From: Planctomycetota bacterium
GTDB taxonomy: Bacteria; Planctomycetota; SZUA-567; H5-PLA8
Reading direction: 5' to 3'
NCBI GenBank assembly: GCA_045863855.1
Contig: BTVV01000002.1
Coordinates: forward strand, 78,083 to 142,082
DNA length: 64,000 nt
Under the pieces are notes generated by a model that did no database searches, was not told the origin of the DNA, and saw only the letters and a program-made list of their open reading frames with translations. Numbering within the stretch: the stretch's first letter is position 1; each line of letters starts with the position of its first letter. The translations under genes were made by a program, and so were the position numbers. Shown piece by piece: positions 1-10,075 of the stretch.

Positions 1-5
1 AGCGC

Positions 6-233
6 ATGGTCAACTTAATGCACGAGTTGCAGCGTTCGCATGCCGAGATCCGGCAGTTGGCGACGTTGTTGCCGGTCTGCGCGTGGTGCCGCAAGGTCCG
101 CAACGACGACGGCTATTGGAACGATCTGCAGCTCTATATCGTCGATACGCTGGGCACGAAGATCACGCACGGGATCTGCCCGTCGTGCAAGAGCGAGCAG
201 ATGAAGAAGCTGGCGCCCAAGAAAAAGACCTGA
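6..233 (+). CDS. C-terminal fragment of a signal-transduction protein (response regulator/sensor-type tail), probably 5'-truncated by the window edge
   Basis: Characteristic tail LLPVCAWCRKVRNDDGYW...ITHGICPSC. Confidence 0.7.
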   Translation: MVNLMHELQRSHAEIRQLATLLPVCAWCRKVRNDDGYWNDLQLYIVDTLGTKITHGICPSCKSEQMKKLAPKKKT

Positions 234-268
234 CTTGGCGTGGCGGGTCCGGCGGATACGCTGCGTGC

Positions 269-916
269 GTGTGTTCCCGCGCTGAAAAGGCCGTGCTGCT
301 ACTGGCGTATGCGCTCACCTTTGGCGCGCTGGCGATAAATCCCCGCGAACGCGACGCCTGGGCGCTCGAGAACCTCGTCCCATTCCTCGAACTGCTGGCC
401 TGCGCGATCTACTACCGCTGGGTGGAACTGACGCGCGCGAGCTACGTGCTGATCTTCGTGCATCTCGTGATCCAGATGATCGGCGGGCATTACACGTACG
501 CCGAGGTGCCGCTGTTCAACTGGCTGCGCGACGAGTTCGGCTGGTCGCGCAATCATTACGACCGCGTGGCCCATTTCGCCGTGGGATTCTGCCTGTACGT
601 GCCGGTGCGCGAGATCTGCCTGCGGCGTTCGCCGCTGGCGGGAAGCAAAGCTTGGACGTCCTTTTTCGTGTACAGCGTGCTGACGGCCGTGGCGGGGATC
701 TGGGAAGTCTGGGAGTGGCTGGTGGCGGAATGGGCGTACAGCGACCTGGGGACGGCGTACCTGGGCACGCAGGGCGATGCGTGGGACGCGCAGAAGGATA
801 TCCTGCTCGCGCCGGTGGGCGCGGTGGCCGCGGCGTTGCTCTTCACGCGCTGGCACAACCGGTTGCTTAAGGGGCTGCCGCAAAAATGGGAAGCTCGCCT
901 CAAGGAGCCCGCATGA
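269..916 (+). CDS. DUF2238/YjdF-like inner membrane protein
   Basis: Motifs WALEN, GGHYTYAEVP, RNHYDRVAHF, LGTQGDAWDAQKD; hydrophobic; GTG start chosen at 269. Confidence 0.85.
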   Translation: MCSRAEKAVLLLAYALTFGALAINPRERDAWALENLVPFLELLACAIYYRWVELTRASYVLIFVHLVIQMIGGHYTYAEVPLFNWLRDEFGWSRNHYDRVAHFAVGFCLYVPVREICLRRSPLAGSKAWTSFFVYSVLTAVAGIWEVWEWLVAEWAYSDLGTAYLGTQGDAWDAQKDILLAPVGAVAAALLFTRWHNRLLKGLPQKWEARLKEPA

Positions 917-2013
917 AGACGCGCGCCGCCGTACTCTTCGAGACCGGACAACCGTTCGCAATCGAGACGCTGGACCTGGAGGCGCCGCGCGCGCGGGAGG
1001 TGCTGGTGCGCGTGCAGGCCGCGGGGGTCTGCCACAGCGACTGGCACCTCGCCACGGGCGACACGAAGCATCCGCTGCCGGTCGTGCCGGGGCACGAAGG
1101 ATCGGGCGTGGTCGAAGCCGTCGGCCCCGAGGTGAGCGCCGTGAAGCCCGGCGACTTCGTCGCCTTGAACTGGGCGCCGTACTGCGGGAGTTGCTTCTAC
1201 TGCACGCACGGGCGTCCGGCGTTGTGCGAAAGCTACGTCGAGCCGATCTGGAAGGGCTTGCAGATGGACGGCTCGACGCGCTGGACGCTGCGCGGGAAGC
1301 CGGTGCATCACTACTGCGCGCTTTCGTGCTTCAGCGAGTACGCCGTGGTGCCCGAAGCGAGCTGCGTGAAGCTCGAGGGTTCGATCGATCCGCGCATCGC
1401 GGCTTTGATCGGCTGCGCGGTGACGACCGGAGTCGGCGCGGCGGTAAATACGGTGGCGCTGCCGGCGGGGGCGAGCGTCGCGGTCTTCGGCGCGGGGGGC
1501 GTGGGGAGTTGCATCGTGCTGGGCGCGAAGGCCGCCGGCGCGGGTACGGTGATCGCGATCGACCGCGCGCCGGAGAAGGCGGCGCTGGCGCAGGCGCTGG
1601 GCGCGGACGAAGTGCTGGAGGCGGGGGCCGGCGTGCCGGCGCGGATCCGGCAGCTGACGGGCGGGCGCGGCGCGGATTACGTGTTCGAGGCGGTCGGCCG
1701 GCCGGAGGTTCAGGAGCAGGCGCTGCGCTGCGCGCGTCCCGGCGGGACGGTGGTGCTGGTGGGGCTTGCGCCGATGGGCAGCGCGACGAACCTGCCCGGC
1801 GCAGTGATCACGCGGCGGGAGCTGACCGTGATGGGGAGCTACTACGGGACGTGCGAGCCGCGGCGCGATTTCGTGCGTTTCGCGGAGTGGCACCGGTCGG
1901 GCAAGCTGCCGCTGGAGAAGCTGATCACGCGGACGTACAAGCTCGAGGAGATCAACTCGGCGTACGCCGATCTGCTGGCCGGCAAGCTGGCGCGGGGCGT
2001 GGTGGTGTTTTAG
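913..2013 (+). CDS. Zn-dependent alcohol dehydrogenase (MDR, class III-like)
   Basis: GVCHSD, GHEGSG, structural Zn CGSCFYC...C, GAGGVG; AAGGAG RBS and ATGA overlap with upstream gene. Confidence 0.92.
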   Translation: MKTRAAVLFETGQPFAIETLDLEAPRAREVLVRVQAAGVCHSDWHLATGDTKHPLPVVPGHEGSGVVEAVGPEVSAVKPGDFVALNWAPYCGSCFYCTHGRPALCESYVEPIWKGLQMDGSTRWTLRGKPVHHYCALSCFSEYAVVPEASCVKLEGSIDPRIAALIGCAVTTGVGAAVNTVALPAGASVAVFGAGGVGSCIVLGAKAAGAGTVIAIDRAPEKAALAQALGADEVLEAGAGVPARIRQLTGGRGADYVFEAVGRPEVQEQALRCARPGGTVVLVGLAPMGSATNLPGAVITRRELTVMGSYYGTCEPRRDFVRFAEWHRSGKLPLEKLITRTYKLEEINSAYADLLAGKLARGVVVF

Positions 2014-2129
2014 GAGCGTAAGGCGCCGGCCTCCATGCATTCAGCCCCCCGTTGCCAAGCGTCGGAGGCCGGTTAGGCTGTAGTCGCCTTATACGGGGAC
2101 CGAAACCACCCACTTCAGGAGGATAGGCC

Positions 2130-2513
2130 ATGCGAGCGTTACTGGCGACGGTGCTGGTGCTGGCGGTCTGTGCGGCGCCGCGGGTTTGCGCGTTCGGCGT
2201 CGATATCGGGCCGGTCAAAATCCATGGGACGAAGGTCAAGATCGGCGAGGACATCACGCTGCGGATGACCGTCGACCGGATCGACCGTGCCGAGAAGAAG
2301 GAAGGCGAGCAGGAAGGTAAGATCGTCAAGATCAAGACGCACCGCAAGGGCGACGACACGGATAACTTCGAGATCACGGTCAATCCCGACGACCTGGACG
2401 AAGACAGCCGCGACTACCTGCCGCGCGTGAAGGAAGAGCGCACGTACAGCATGAAGGTGAAGAAGCAGGACAGCGGCTGGAAGCTCCTGAAGGTGCGTCC
2501 GGACGACGACTAA
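2130..2513 (+). CDS. Small secreted hypothetical protein
   Basis: AGGAGG RBS, N-terminal signal peptide, host-like codon usage. Confidence 0.75.
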   Translation: MRALLATVLVLAVCAAPRVCAFGVDIGPVKIHGTKVKIGEDITLRMTVDRIDRAEKKEGEQEGKIVKIKTHRKGDDTDNFEITVNPDDLDEDSRDYLPRVKEERTYSMKVKKQDSGWKLLKVRPDDD

Positions 2514-2674
2514 GCCGGGGAAGCCGTAGCGGTCATTTGCGGCGCGCTTGGGGAACTCCCCGGCGCGCCGCGTGCATTTCCGGGCGCGGTTGACAGCACC
2601 GGCTGGGGACGGGAACATGCACGCGACCGAAGCCAGGTTCCTTTTAATCGTTTCCGCAGCGAGGACGCCACGCG

Positions 2675-4078
2675 ATGAGCTCGAGTTACCGCATCGAAAA
2701 AGACACGATGGGCGAGATGAAAGTCCCGCAGGAAAAGCTGTGGGGCGCGCAGACGCAGCGCAGCCTGGAGAACTTCAAGATCGGCGAAGAGAAGATGCCG
2801 CGCGCGCTGGTTTACGCGCTGGTGCTGGTGAAGAAGGCCGCGGCGCTGGTGAACGTGGAATTGAAGACGCTGGACGCCAAGCTGGGCGAAGCGATCGCGA
2901 AGGCCGCCGACGAGGTGCTGGCCGGGAAGCACGACACCGAGTTTCCGCTGGCGGTCTGGCAGACCGGGAGCGGCACGCAGACGAACATGAACTGCAACGA
3001 AGTCCTGGCTAACCGCGCGAGCGAACTGCTGGGCGGCGTGCGCGGCGAAGAGCGATTGGTGCATCCGAACGACCACGTCAACAAGGGCCAGTCGAGCAAC
3101 GACGTCTTTCCGACGGCGATGCACGTGGCGGCGGTGAAGGAACTGATCGAGCACACGCTGCCGAAGCTGCGCGCGCTGCGCGGCGCGTGGGCGGCGAAGG
3201 CGCGCGCGTTCATGGACGTGGTGAAGATCGGCCGGACGCACCTGCAGGATGCGACGCCGCTGACGCTGGGGCAGGAGTTCAGCGGGTACGTCTCGATGCT
3301 GGACCACGGGATCGCGCACGCCGAAGCGGCGCTGCCGCATCTGTGCGAACTGGCGCTGGGCGGCACCGCGGTGGGCACGGGGCTGAACGCCGCGCCGGGG
3401 TACGACGTGAAGGTGGCGGCGAAGATTTCGGAGCTGACCGGGCATCCGTTCGTGACGGCGCCGAACAAGTTCGAATCGCTGGCCTCGAAGGACGCCTTCG
3501 TCCACGCGCACGGGGCGCTCAAGACGCTGGCGGCCTCGCTGACGAAGATCGCCAACGACACGCGCTGGCTCTCCAGCGGGCCGCGCTGCGGGATCGGCGA
3601 GATCGCGATTCCCGAGAACGAGCCGGGCAGCAGCATTATGCCGGGCAAGGTGAACCCCACGCAGTGCGAGGCGCTGACGATGGCCTGCGCGCAGGTGATG
3701 GGCAATGACGTGGCGATCAACATCGGCGGAATGAGCGGGAACTTCGAGCTGAACGTGTACAAGCCGCTGATCGCGCACAACTTCCTGCAGAGCTGCCGGC
3801 TCTTGGGCGACGCCTCGGAGTCGTTCCGCACGAACTGCGTCGAAGGCATCGAGCCCAACCCGGCGCGGATCGAGCAGAACCTGCGCGAGAGCCTGATGCT
3901 GGTGACGGCGTTGAATCCGCATATCGGGTACGACAACGCGGCCAAGGTGGCGAAGCACGCGCACAAGAAAAACCTGACGCTGAAGCAGGCCGCGGCGGAC
4001 CTGGGGCTGGTGAAGCCCGAGGACTTCGACGCGTGGGTGAAGCCCGAAAAGATGATCGGCAACAAGCCGGTGGTTTGA
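2675..4078 (+). CDS. fumC: Class II fumarate hydratase
   Basis: [29 protein letters not shown], signature [15 protein letters not shown]. Confidence 0.98.
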   Translation: MSSSYRIEKDTMGEMKVPQEKLWGAQTQRSLENFKIGEEKMPRALVYALVLVKKAAALVNVELKTLDAKLGEAIAKAADEVLAGKHDTEFPLAVWQTGSGTQTNMNCNEVLANRASELLGGVRGEERLVHPNDHVNKGQSSNDVFPTAMHVAAVKELIEHTLPKLRALRGAWAAKARAFMDVVKIGRTHLQDATPLTLGQEFSGYVSMLDHGIAHAEAALPHLCELALGGTAVGTGLNAAPGYDVKVAAKISELTGHPFVTAPNKFESLASKDAFVHAHGALKTLAASLTKIANDTRWLSSGPRCGIGEIAIPENEPGSSIMPGKVNPTQCEALTMACAQVMGNDVAINIGGMSGNFELNVYKPLIAHNFLQSCRLLGDASESFRTNCVEGIEPNPARIEQNLRESLMLVTALNPHIGYDNAAKVAKHAHKKNLTLKQAAADLGLVKPEDFDAWVKPEKMIGNKPVV

Positions 4079-4100
4079 ATGCGCGCGGAAAGTCCGAAAG

Positions 4101-4140
4101 GAATGCGGCCTTCGCGGCAAGAACCCTTCGTGCCGCATTC
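4101..4140. other. Inverted repeat/hairpin downstream of fumC
   Basis: GAATGCGGC...GCCGCATTC 9-bp arms; no clear U-tract. Confidence 0.45.
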
Positions 4141-4161
4141 TATCGAGACGCAGGGGCCGGC

Positions 4162-4983
4162 ATGAGCATCCAGCTTGTCATTATCGTCGGCATCATCGTG
4201 GCCTACGTGGCGGCGTCGGTGGCCGAAGGGATGGTCCTGAGCGGCGCGGCGAGCCTGCCTCCGGATGTGCGCGAGCGCGTCTTCCGGCGCGAGGCGGCGC
4301 TGGGCACGATCTGGCGGATCGTCGGCGGGCTGGGCCTGGCGCTGGTGGTGATCGGGCTGCTCAAGACGTTCGGGTTTATTCGGGGCGGGCCGAAGATCCC
4401 CTGGGGGCTGTACACGTTCGCGGGGGGCTTCGCGCTGATCTGCCTGGAGCGGACGCTGCGAAGCTGGGGCACGTTCGGCAGTTACGCGAAGGAAGATCCG
4501 CAGGGTCCGGCGCGCGCGGCGGCGTTGAACGCGGCGCTGCTGGTCACGCTGGTCGAGCTGGCGCTGGGCGTGGGCGTCGTCTGGTTCATCAAGGATAAGG
4601 CCATCGGGCCGGGCGGCGGTTCGAGCGCGTCCACGGCGCCCGCGGAGTCGGCATCGGACGAGGCTGAGGCAGACGGTTCGACCGGCGGCGGTCCGGCGCC
4701 CAGGCCGGAGAAGATCGCGATCTGGATTCCCGCGCCGCAGGCGAAGGCCTTGATCGGCAAAGACGACGCGTATTTCGACCTGCTGGTGAGGTGGGGCCAG
4801 GTGCGCAAGAAGGAAACCGGCGGCGAGCTTTTCTATCAGGCGCAAGACTTGAAGTCGCTGAAGCAGGCGGGGCTTCCGGCGGTGCAGGAGATGGAGGAAG
4901 GGTTGAAACGGATGCAGGCTGCGCCGCCCGAGCCGCCGGCCGCGGCGGTGAAGTCGCCGGAGGGCGAGCGGTTGGAGGAGTAG
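4162..4983 (+). CDS. Membrane protein (about 4 TM) with C-terminal HTH_17/excisionase-like segment
   Basis: Four hydrophobic stretches, low-complexity linker, then WIPAPQAKALIGKDDAYFDLLVRWGQVRKKETGGELFYQAQDL. Confidence 0.7.
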   Translation: MSIQLVIIVGIIVAYVAASVAEGMVLSGAASLPPDVRERVFRREAALGTIWRIVGGLGLALVVIGLLKTFGFIRGGPKIPWGLYTFAGGFALICLERTLRSWGTFGSYAKEDPQGPARAAALNAALLVTLVELALGVGVVWFIKDKAIGPGGGSSASTAPAESASDEAEADGSTGGGPAPRPEKIAIWIPAPQAKALIGKDDAYFDLLVRWGQVRKKETGGELFYQAQDLKSLKQAGLPAVQEMEEGLKRMQAAPPEPPAAAVKSPEGERLEE

Positions 4984-4996
4984 GCGGGTTTTAAGG

Positions 4997-5085
4997 CAAA
5001 CGGCAAACTTCAAACGGCAAACTTCAAACGGCAAGATCCAAACAAGCTTCAAGCTTCAAACTTCAAACTTCAAACGGCCATACGG
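4997..5085. repeat. Heptamer tandem repeat array (CAAACTT/CAAACGG/CAAGCTT units)
   Basis: About 11 seven-bp units read directly between convergent genes. Confidence 0.9.
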
Positions 5086-5136
5086 CCAACCCCAACCCCA
5101 TTCTCGATGCGTGACGCCAGTGGCTGCTCGCGGGGC

Positions 5137-5859
5137 TCATACGCCTGCTTCGTCGAGCTTCTTGGCCATCAATTGCAGCGTTGCTTCGAGGCACTCTTCG
5201 CCGAAGGCGGCCGAGGCGTCGCGGGGATCGGGGCCGCCGACGCCTTGCGGCCAGACGGAGCGGTCGGGGCCGAGTTGCGCCAGGTCGGGCAGATCGGGGC
5301 GCAGGGCCAGGACGAGCGAGGTCTCGTTCTTGGCGGCGTGGTCGGTCTGCGAGCGCCACTCCTTCACGATATCTTCGGTGACGCCCAACAGTTTGAGGCC
5401 GAAGCGGTCTTGGCGTTCGGCGAGGCCCGAACGCCACTGATGGCGCGAGGGGCCGTGCCCGTCGGCGAAGACCGCGCGGAAGCCGGCGCGTTTGAGTTGT
5501 TCGAGGATCGCGTCGAGCAGCGCGTTGAAGGCGCCGGGGCCGATCCAGTAACAGCTTCCGTCGAGCGGGCGGTGCGGCGTGGTGGACTCGTGGTATTCCA
5601 TGCCCTGGAGGACGACGCCCTCGGGCGTGGTCTTCTGGCGGTCGGGGCCGAGGTGAATGGGCGGCATCACGATCCCGCCGAAGCGCTGCGCGGCGCGTAC
5701 GAAAAGCCCCTCGCTGATGATCGCGTCGCTGCCGAGCGGGAGGTGTTCGCCGTGCCATTCGAGCGTGCCGAGCGGCAGGTAGGCCAGCGGGCGCTGCTTC
5801 AACCGCGCACGGAACTGGTGCGGCAGCAGATCGGAAAAGCGAACGCGTTCGTTGGACAT
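5137..5859 (-). CDS. Creatininase/creatinine amidohydrolase family protein
   Basis: GTLEWHGEHLPLGSD, DGHG, DHAAKNETS metal-binding motifs. Confidence 0.9.
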   Translation of the reverse strand: MSNERVRFSDLLPHQFRARLKQRPLAYLPLGTLEWHGEHLPLGSDAIISEGLFVRAAQRFGGIVMPPIHLGPDRQKTTPEGVVLQGMEYHESTTPHRPLDGSCYWIGPGAFNALLDAILEQLKRAGFRAVFADGHGPSRHQWRSGLAERQDRFGLKLLGVTEDIVKEWRSQTDHAAKNETSLVLALRPDLPDLAQLGPDRSVWPQGVGGPDPRDASAAFGEECLEATLQLMAKKLDEAGV

Positions 5860-5861
5860 GG

Positions 5862-8800
5862 TTACTCCGGTCCGGTGCGCACGGTGCCGGGGAGGTCCGG
5901 CTCGGGCTTCGTTCCAGGGACGGCATCGGGCTTCGCGCCGTCTTTCGCTTTCTCTTTTTCGTCCGGGCCGTGGGACGAGTAGCCCATGCTGAGGTATTCC
6001 TGGGCGAAGTTTCCGAAGCCGGGGTAATCGCGGCGGGCGTAGGCGGCGCGCTGGGACTCCAGTTCGGCGACCTTGCGCAGGAAGCGCATCAAGTCGGGGT
6101 ACTTCTCGGGCGTCACGCGCTGCATGGGCATCAAGTAGGAGCGGTTGCAGAAGAGCTTCGCGCCGCGGACGTTGAAATCGGCGAGGTAGAATCCGAACTC
6201 GCTGCACAGGAAGAGATCGTCAGGAACCTGAACCCAGGCGTGCCCGGCGGGCGCCTCGTAGACGATGTGGTGATCGAGGTCGGCGACTTCGCTGCGCACG
6301 AGGAGGTCGTAGGTGCGTTCGGGCGGTCCCATGAGGCGCTGGATGCCGGCGGGTCCGAGGAAGGGCTGGACGAACCAGGTGCTTTCGGCCTGACCGGCCA
6401 GCGAGGGCACGTTGCCGGCGTAGACGAAGCGCAGCGCGTCGCCGGCGTGTTCCTGCCCGTGGAGTTTGACCTGGCTGAGTCCGATATTGGGCCAGTAGCC
6501 GCGGACGACGCCTTCCTTGATCTGTTCGGCTTTGCGCGGATCTTCCAGTTCGCGCCGGACGGCTCCGGCGGTGGCGCCGAAGATGTGGAACTGGCCCTGG
6601 ACGGAGGCGTTGCCTTCGCCGTCGAGCGCGACGGAGACGTCGTGGCGCAGGGGGAGCAGGCCCAGGGATTCGGCGTGGAGGCGTTTGATGCGCACGCCTT
6701 CGTCGCCGACGGTGAGGGCGAGGGAGCCGGCCTGATTGGCGACGAGGAGGCCGAGGTCGAAGTAGCGCGCGGGCTGCCCGGAGAACTGGAGCCAGGATTC
6801 GGGTCCGTCCTTGGGCTGCAGGACGAGCATGCGGCCCAGGGATCCGTAATTGCCGAAGACGACGGGATCCCAGGACCGGGTGGCGTTCTTGCCGCGCCAG
6901 TTTCCGGCGGGGACGTAGGCGCCGTTGACGAAGGCGTGCCTTACGTCCAGGCCGGCGGCCTTGCACATCGCCTGCGCCAGTTCGCTCATCTGGGAGCTGC
7001 TTCCAGCGCGCAGCGCCCAGACGTCGTCGAGGTTGCGGGATTCCTGTCCGGGCTGGATGTTGCCGCGCACCCATTCGGCGATGGCGCGGAAGGCGTGTTC
7101 CTCGCTGGGCATGGCTTGGGCGAGCTTGACGGCGATTGCGGCGGCGTCGGCGGGCAGAAAGTTCTCGTCGCGGCGCATCAGCCAGCCGGTGGCCCGGAAC
7201 GGGCGTTCGGGCGATTCGATGAAGACCAGCGGAATGACTTCCTCGTCGCCCTCGCCCGCCATGTACGGCTCGACCTTGATCCCTTCCACCTGTTTATTGG
7301 ACCACTGGTAGACCGTATAGCCTTCGGGTCCGGGGAGGATTTTTTCTTCGATCAGCTCCGGGCGAATCTTGCGGATGCGCAGCTTGTGGTCCTTGGGCAG
7401 CAGGACGACCCAGCGCGAGATCGCGCGCGGGGCATCGAGCGCGTTGAAGTTGAAGGCCATCTGGAACGAAGGTTCGATCTCGTCGGCCTCGGCGTGTTCG
7501 AGGTAGGCGTGTTCGAGGATCGAGCCGGCGCCGACGCGGTAGTAGCTGGCCGATTGCGCGAAGTTGAAGTCGTGGACATTCTGGGGCATGAAGACCGAAC
7601 CGTCAGGGTTGAGGGTGCGGACGAAGACCATGTCCTGGCGCTGCGCGGCGACAAGCTGTTCGGAGAGTTCGTTGATGCCGTCGAGGTTGAGCACCTTCTG
7701 CGCGATGTGGACGTAGGATTCGCGGGAGAGATCGGGGAAGACCTTGGTGACCATGAAGTCGACGATCCAGGCGTGGTTGGCGCGCGGATAGTTGAGCTGG
7801 GAGAACTGCGAGGTATCGATCTGGGCGACCTCGACGTCGTAGGGTTTCCACCAGGGTTCTCCGCCGCGGCCTTCGATCTCGCGGAGCCTGCGGCGGAGTT
7901 CGAAATCGCCGGGGTGCTCTTTCAGGCGCGCCTGGATGCGCGCGGCGGCGGCTTCCTTGCGGCCGAGCAGGATTTCGAGATCGACGAGGCGCACGACGGC
8001 GGTGCGGTTCTGCGGCTGGCGCGCGGCGATCTCCTCGCGCAGCTTCAGCGCGCCTTCCAAGTCGCCCTGTTCGATCTTGAGGTCGGCGCGGAGCGAGAGG
8101 TGTTCGTCCTTGCGCTCGGGGAATGCGCGTTCCTGTTCGTCGAGGAGCTTGGCGGCTTCGTCGAGCGCGCCCTTGCGCAGGAGGCGCTGATAACGCGCGC
8201 CCTGCGGTTCGAGGCCGAGCGCGTAGAGCCGCTCGCGCAGTTCCCGCGCGCGGGGACGGCTGCCCGAGACCTCGTGGAAGCTGACGAGCTGCGGGAGAAA
8301 CGCGGCGTCGAGCTTGGCGGCGAGTTCGTACTGGCGTTCGGCCAGCGCGTAGAGTCCCTTCTGGTAGTACAGCAGCGCGAGACGCTCCTGCGCGAGCGGC
8401 GAATCGGGATACGCGGTGGCGCAGGCTTTGATGCGGTCGAAGGCCATGTCCTTCAGTTCGCGCTCCTGGAAGAAAGACGCCAGCGCCAGGAGATGCTGGT
8501 GATTGCCGGGCACGAGGCTCAAAGCGCGTTCGCGCATGCCGCGGGCTTCTTCTTCGTGGCGCGTCTCGGCGTTGCCGCCGTGGCGTCCGACGCTGGAGAG
8601 GACGTGCGCGGAGAAATCGAGCGCCTGTATGGAATCGGGCCAGGTGCCGGCGATGCGCCTCGCGACGGCTTCGCGCGCGGCGGCGTCGTTCTCCTGGCGT
8701 GCGGCCAGATCGAGCCAGCGCAATTCGGCGGCGTTCAGGTCGCCGGACTCGGCGAGCGCGGCGAGACCGTCCCTCGCGCTGCGGCGATCGGCAGGGAGCT

Positions 8801-9968
8801 TGGCGAGGAAGTACTCGGCCAGCGCTCCGGCGGCGGGTTGTGCAAAGCGGAAGCCCGCGACGGGCACGACGGCGTGCTTGGCCAGTTCTTCCGGAGGCAG
8901 CGGCGCGACGGCGACGCCGGCGAGGGGACCTTGGTCGAGGCCCAGGACGCGCAGCGCGATATCGCTTGCCACGGGCAATTTGACGAGGATCGGGTTGGCG
9001 CCTTTGAGCAGCCGCGTGCGGACGAGGACCGGATCGCGCGGAAAGCGTTCGTCCTGGGCGGGCAGGACGATGGGTACGCCGCGCAGGAAAATCTTGGCGT
9101 TGGACGGTCCGCCGAAGACGAGGAGCGCGTCGCGGTCTTCGTCGCTTTGCAGGCTGGTGAACGCGTAAAAAATGCCGCCTGCACCGGGAAAAAGGCGGCT
9201 GAGCTGGAGGACGCGGAAGGCGGCTTCGAGATCCTTGCGCACGGGGACGGGCTTCCCGCGGGCGTCGAGGAAGGTTAAGTCTTTGAGGCCCTGCTCGGGG
9301 GCGAAGCGGCGTTCCATGGGGTTGTTCTGGTCTTCTGCGCCGAAGGGTCCGGCGGCAAACTGCCAGCGGTCGAGGTAGCCGAGGTTCTTAATCGCATCGC
9401 GGGCTTTGGCCGGTTCGTCGCGCTGCATGTAGAGCGTGGCGAGTAGGTCGAGCATGGCCAGACGCACGGGGGGCGCGGCGGCGGGGACGGAGGTTTCGAG
9501 GGCTTGGATGAGTTCGGCACGGCATTCGGTGAAGGCGAGTCCGTCCATCGCGCGCATCGCGAGTCCCATGCAGAGGGGCGATTGGGCGGAAGCGCGGAGC
9601 ATGCGGATCGAGAGCGCCTGGGATTCGGCGTAGCGGCCTTCCATGATCGCGACGCTGCGCAACCCTTCCAGCGTTTCGAGGTCGTTGGGCTGGGCGTCGA
9701 GGGATTCATCGAACGCCTTGCGCGCGCCGGAAAAGTCGTTTTTGAAGACGAGTTCCCAGCCGCGCATGCTGAGCGCGGGGAGCTTGGCAGGGTGTTTGGC
9801 CGGCGCGATTTCCTGGCTGGCCGGCGGCGGCACTTTGGGCTCGGGCGGCGCTTCGGCCGGAGGCTGTTCTTCCTCTTGTTGTTGGGCGCGGATGGGCAGG
9901 GCGAGCGCGGCCCCCAGCATCAAGCAGAGCCAGCATGCCAGGCGCAGGCGCGGGGCGGGGATGAGCAT
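5862..9968 (-). CDS. Large exported TPR protein with DUF3857/transglutaminase-like/DUF3858-like C-terminal region
   Basis: Signal peptide, helical repeats, RTLNPDG and GSILE motifs, C-terminal RVTPEKYPDLMRF pattern. Confidence 0.75.
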   Translation of the reverse strand: MLIPAPRLRLACWLCLMLGAALALPIRAQQQEEEQPPAEAPPEPKVPPPASQEIAPAKHPAKLPALSMRGWELVFKNDFSGARKAFDESLDAQPNDLETLEGLRSVAIMEGRYAESQALSIRMLRASAQSPLCMGLAMRAMDGLAFTECRAELIQALETSVPAAAPPVRLAMLDLLATLYMQRDEPAKARDAIKNLGYLDRWQFAAGPFGAEDQNNPMERRFAPEQGLKDLTFLDARGKPVPVRKDLEAAFRVLQLSRLFPGAGGIFYAFTSLQSDEDRDALLVFGGPSNAKIFLRGVPIVLPAQDERFPRDPVLVRTRLLKGANPILVKLPVASDIALRVLGLDQGPLAGVAVAPLPPEELAKHAVVPVAGFRFAQPAAGALAEYFLAKLPADRRSARDGLAALAESGDLNAAELRWLDLAARQENDAAAREAVARRIAGTWPDSIQALDFSAHVLSSVGRHGGNAETRHEEEARGMRERALSLVPGNHQHLLALASFFQERELKDMAFDRIKACATAYPDSPLAQERLALLYYQKGLYALAERQYELAAKLDAAFLPQLVSFHEVSGSRPRARELRERLYALGLEPQGARYQRLLRKGALDEAAKLLDEQERAFPERKDEHLSLRADLKIEQGDLEGALKLREEIAARQPQNRTAVVRLVDLEILLGRKEAAAARIQARLKEHPGDFELRRRLREIEGRGGEPWWKPYDVEVAQIDTSQFSQLNYPRANHAWIVDFMVTKVFPDLSRESYVHIAQKVLNLDGINELSEQLVAAQRQDMVFVRTLNPDGSVFMPQNVHDFNFAQSASYYRVGAGSILEHAYLEHAEADEIEPSFQMAFNFNALDAPRAISRWVVLLPKDHKLRIRKIRPELIEEKILPGPEGYTVYQWSNKQVEGIKVEPYMAGEGDEEVIPLVFIESPERPFRATGWLMRRDENFLPADAAAIAVKLAQAMPSEEHAFRAIAEWVRGNIQPGQESRNLDDVWALRAGSSSQMSELAQAMCKAAGLDVRHAFVNGAYVPAGNWRGKNATRSWDPVVFGNYGSLGRMLVLQPKDGPESWLQFSGQPARYFDLGLLVANQAGSLALTVGDEGVRIKRLHAESLGLLPLRHDVSVALDGEGNASVQGQFHIFGATAGAVRRELEDPRKAEQIKEGVVRGYWPNIGLSQVKLHGQEHAGDALRFVYAGNVPSLAGQAESTWFVQPFLGPAGIQRLMGPPERTYDLLVRSEVADLDHHIVYEAPAGHAWVQVPDDLFLCSEFGFYLADFNVRGAKLFCNRSYLMPMQRVTPEKYPDLMRFLRKVAELESQRAAYARRDYPGFGNFAQEYLSMGYSSHGPDEKEKAKDGAKPDAVPGTKPEPDLPGTVRTGPE

Positions 9969-10075
9969 CGAGCGGCGTCTCCGGATCGGCAGCGCACAGC
10001 CTACGGGGAACCGAGCGCGCTTGCGAGCGCCGAGCCGATGGGTTCAGATGGAGCATCCGGCCGAAAGGAATACCC

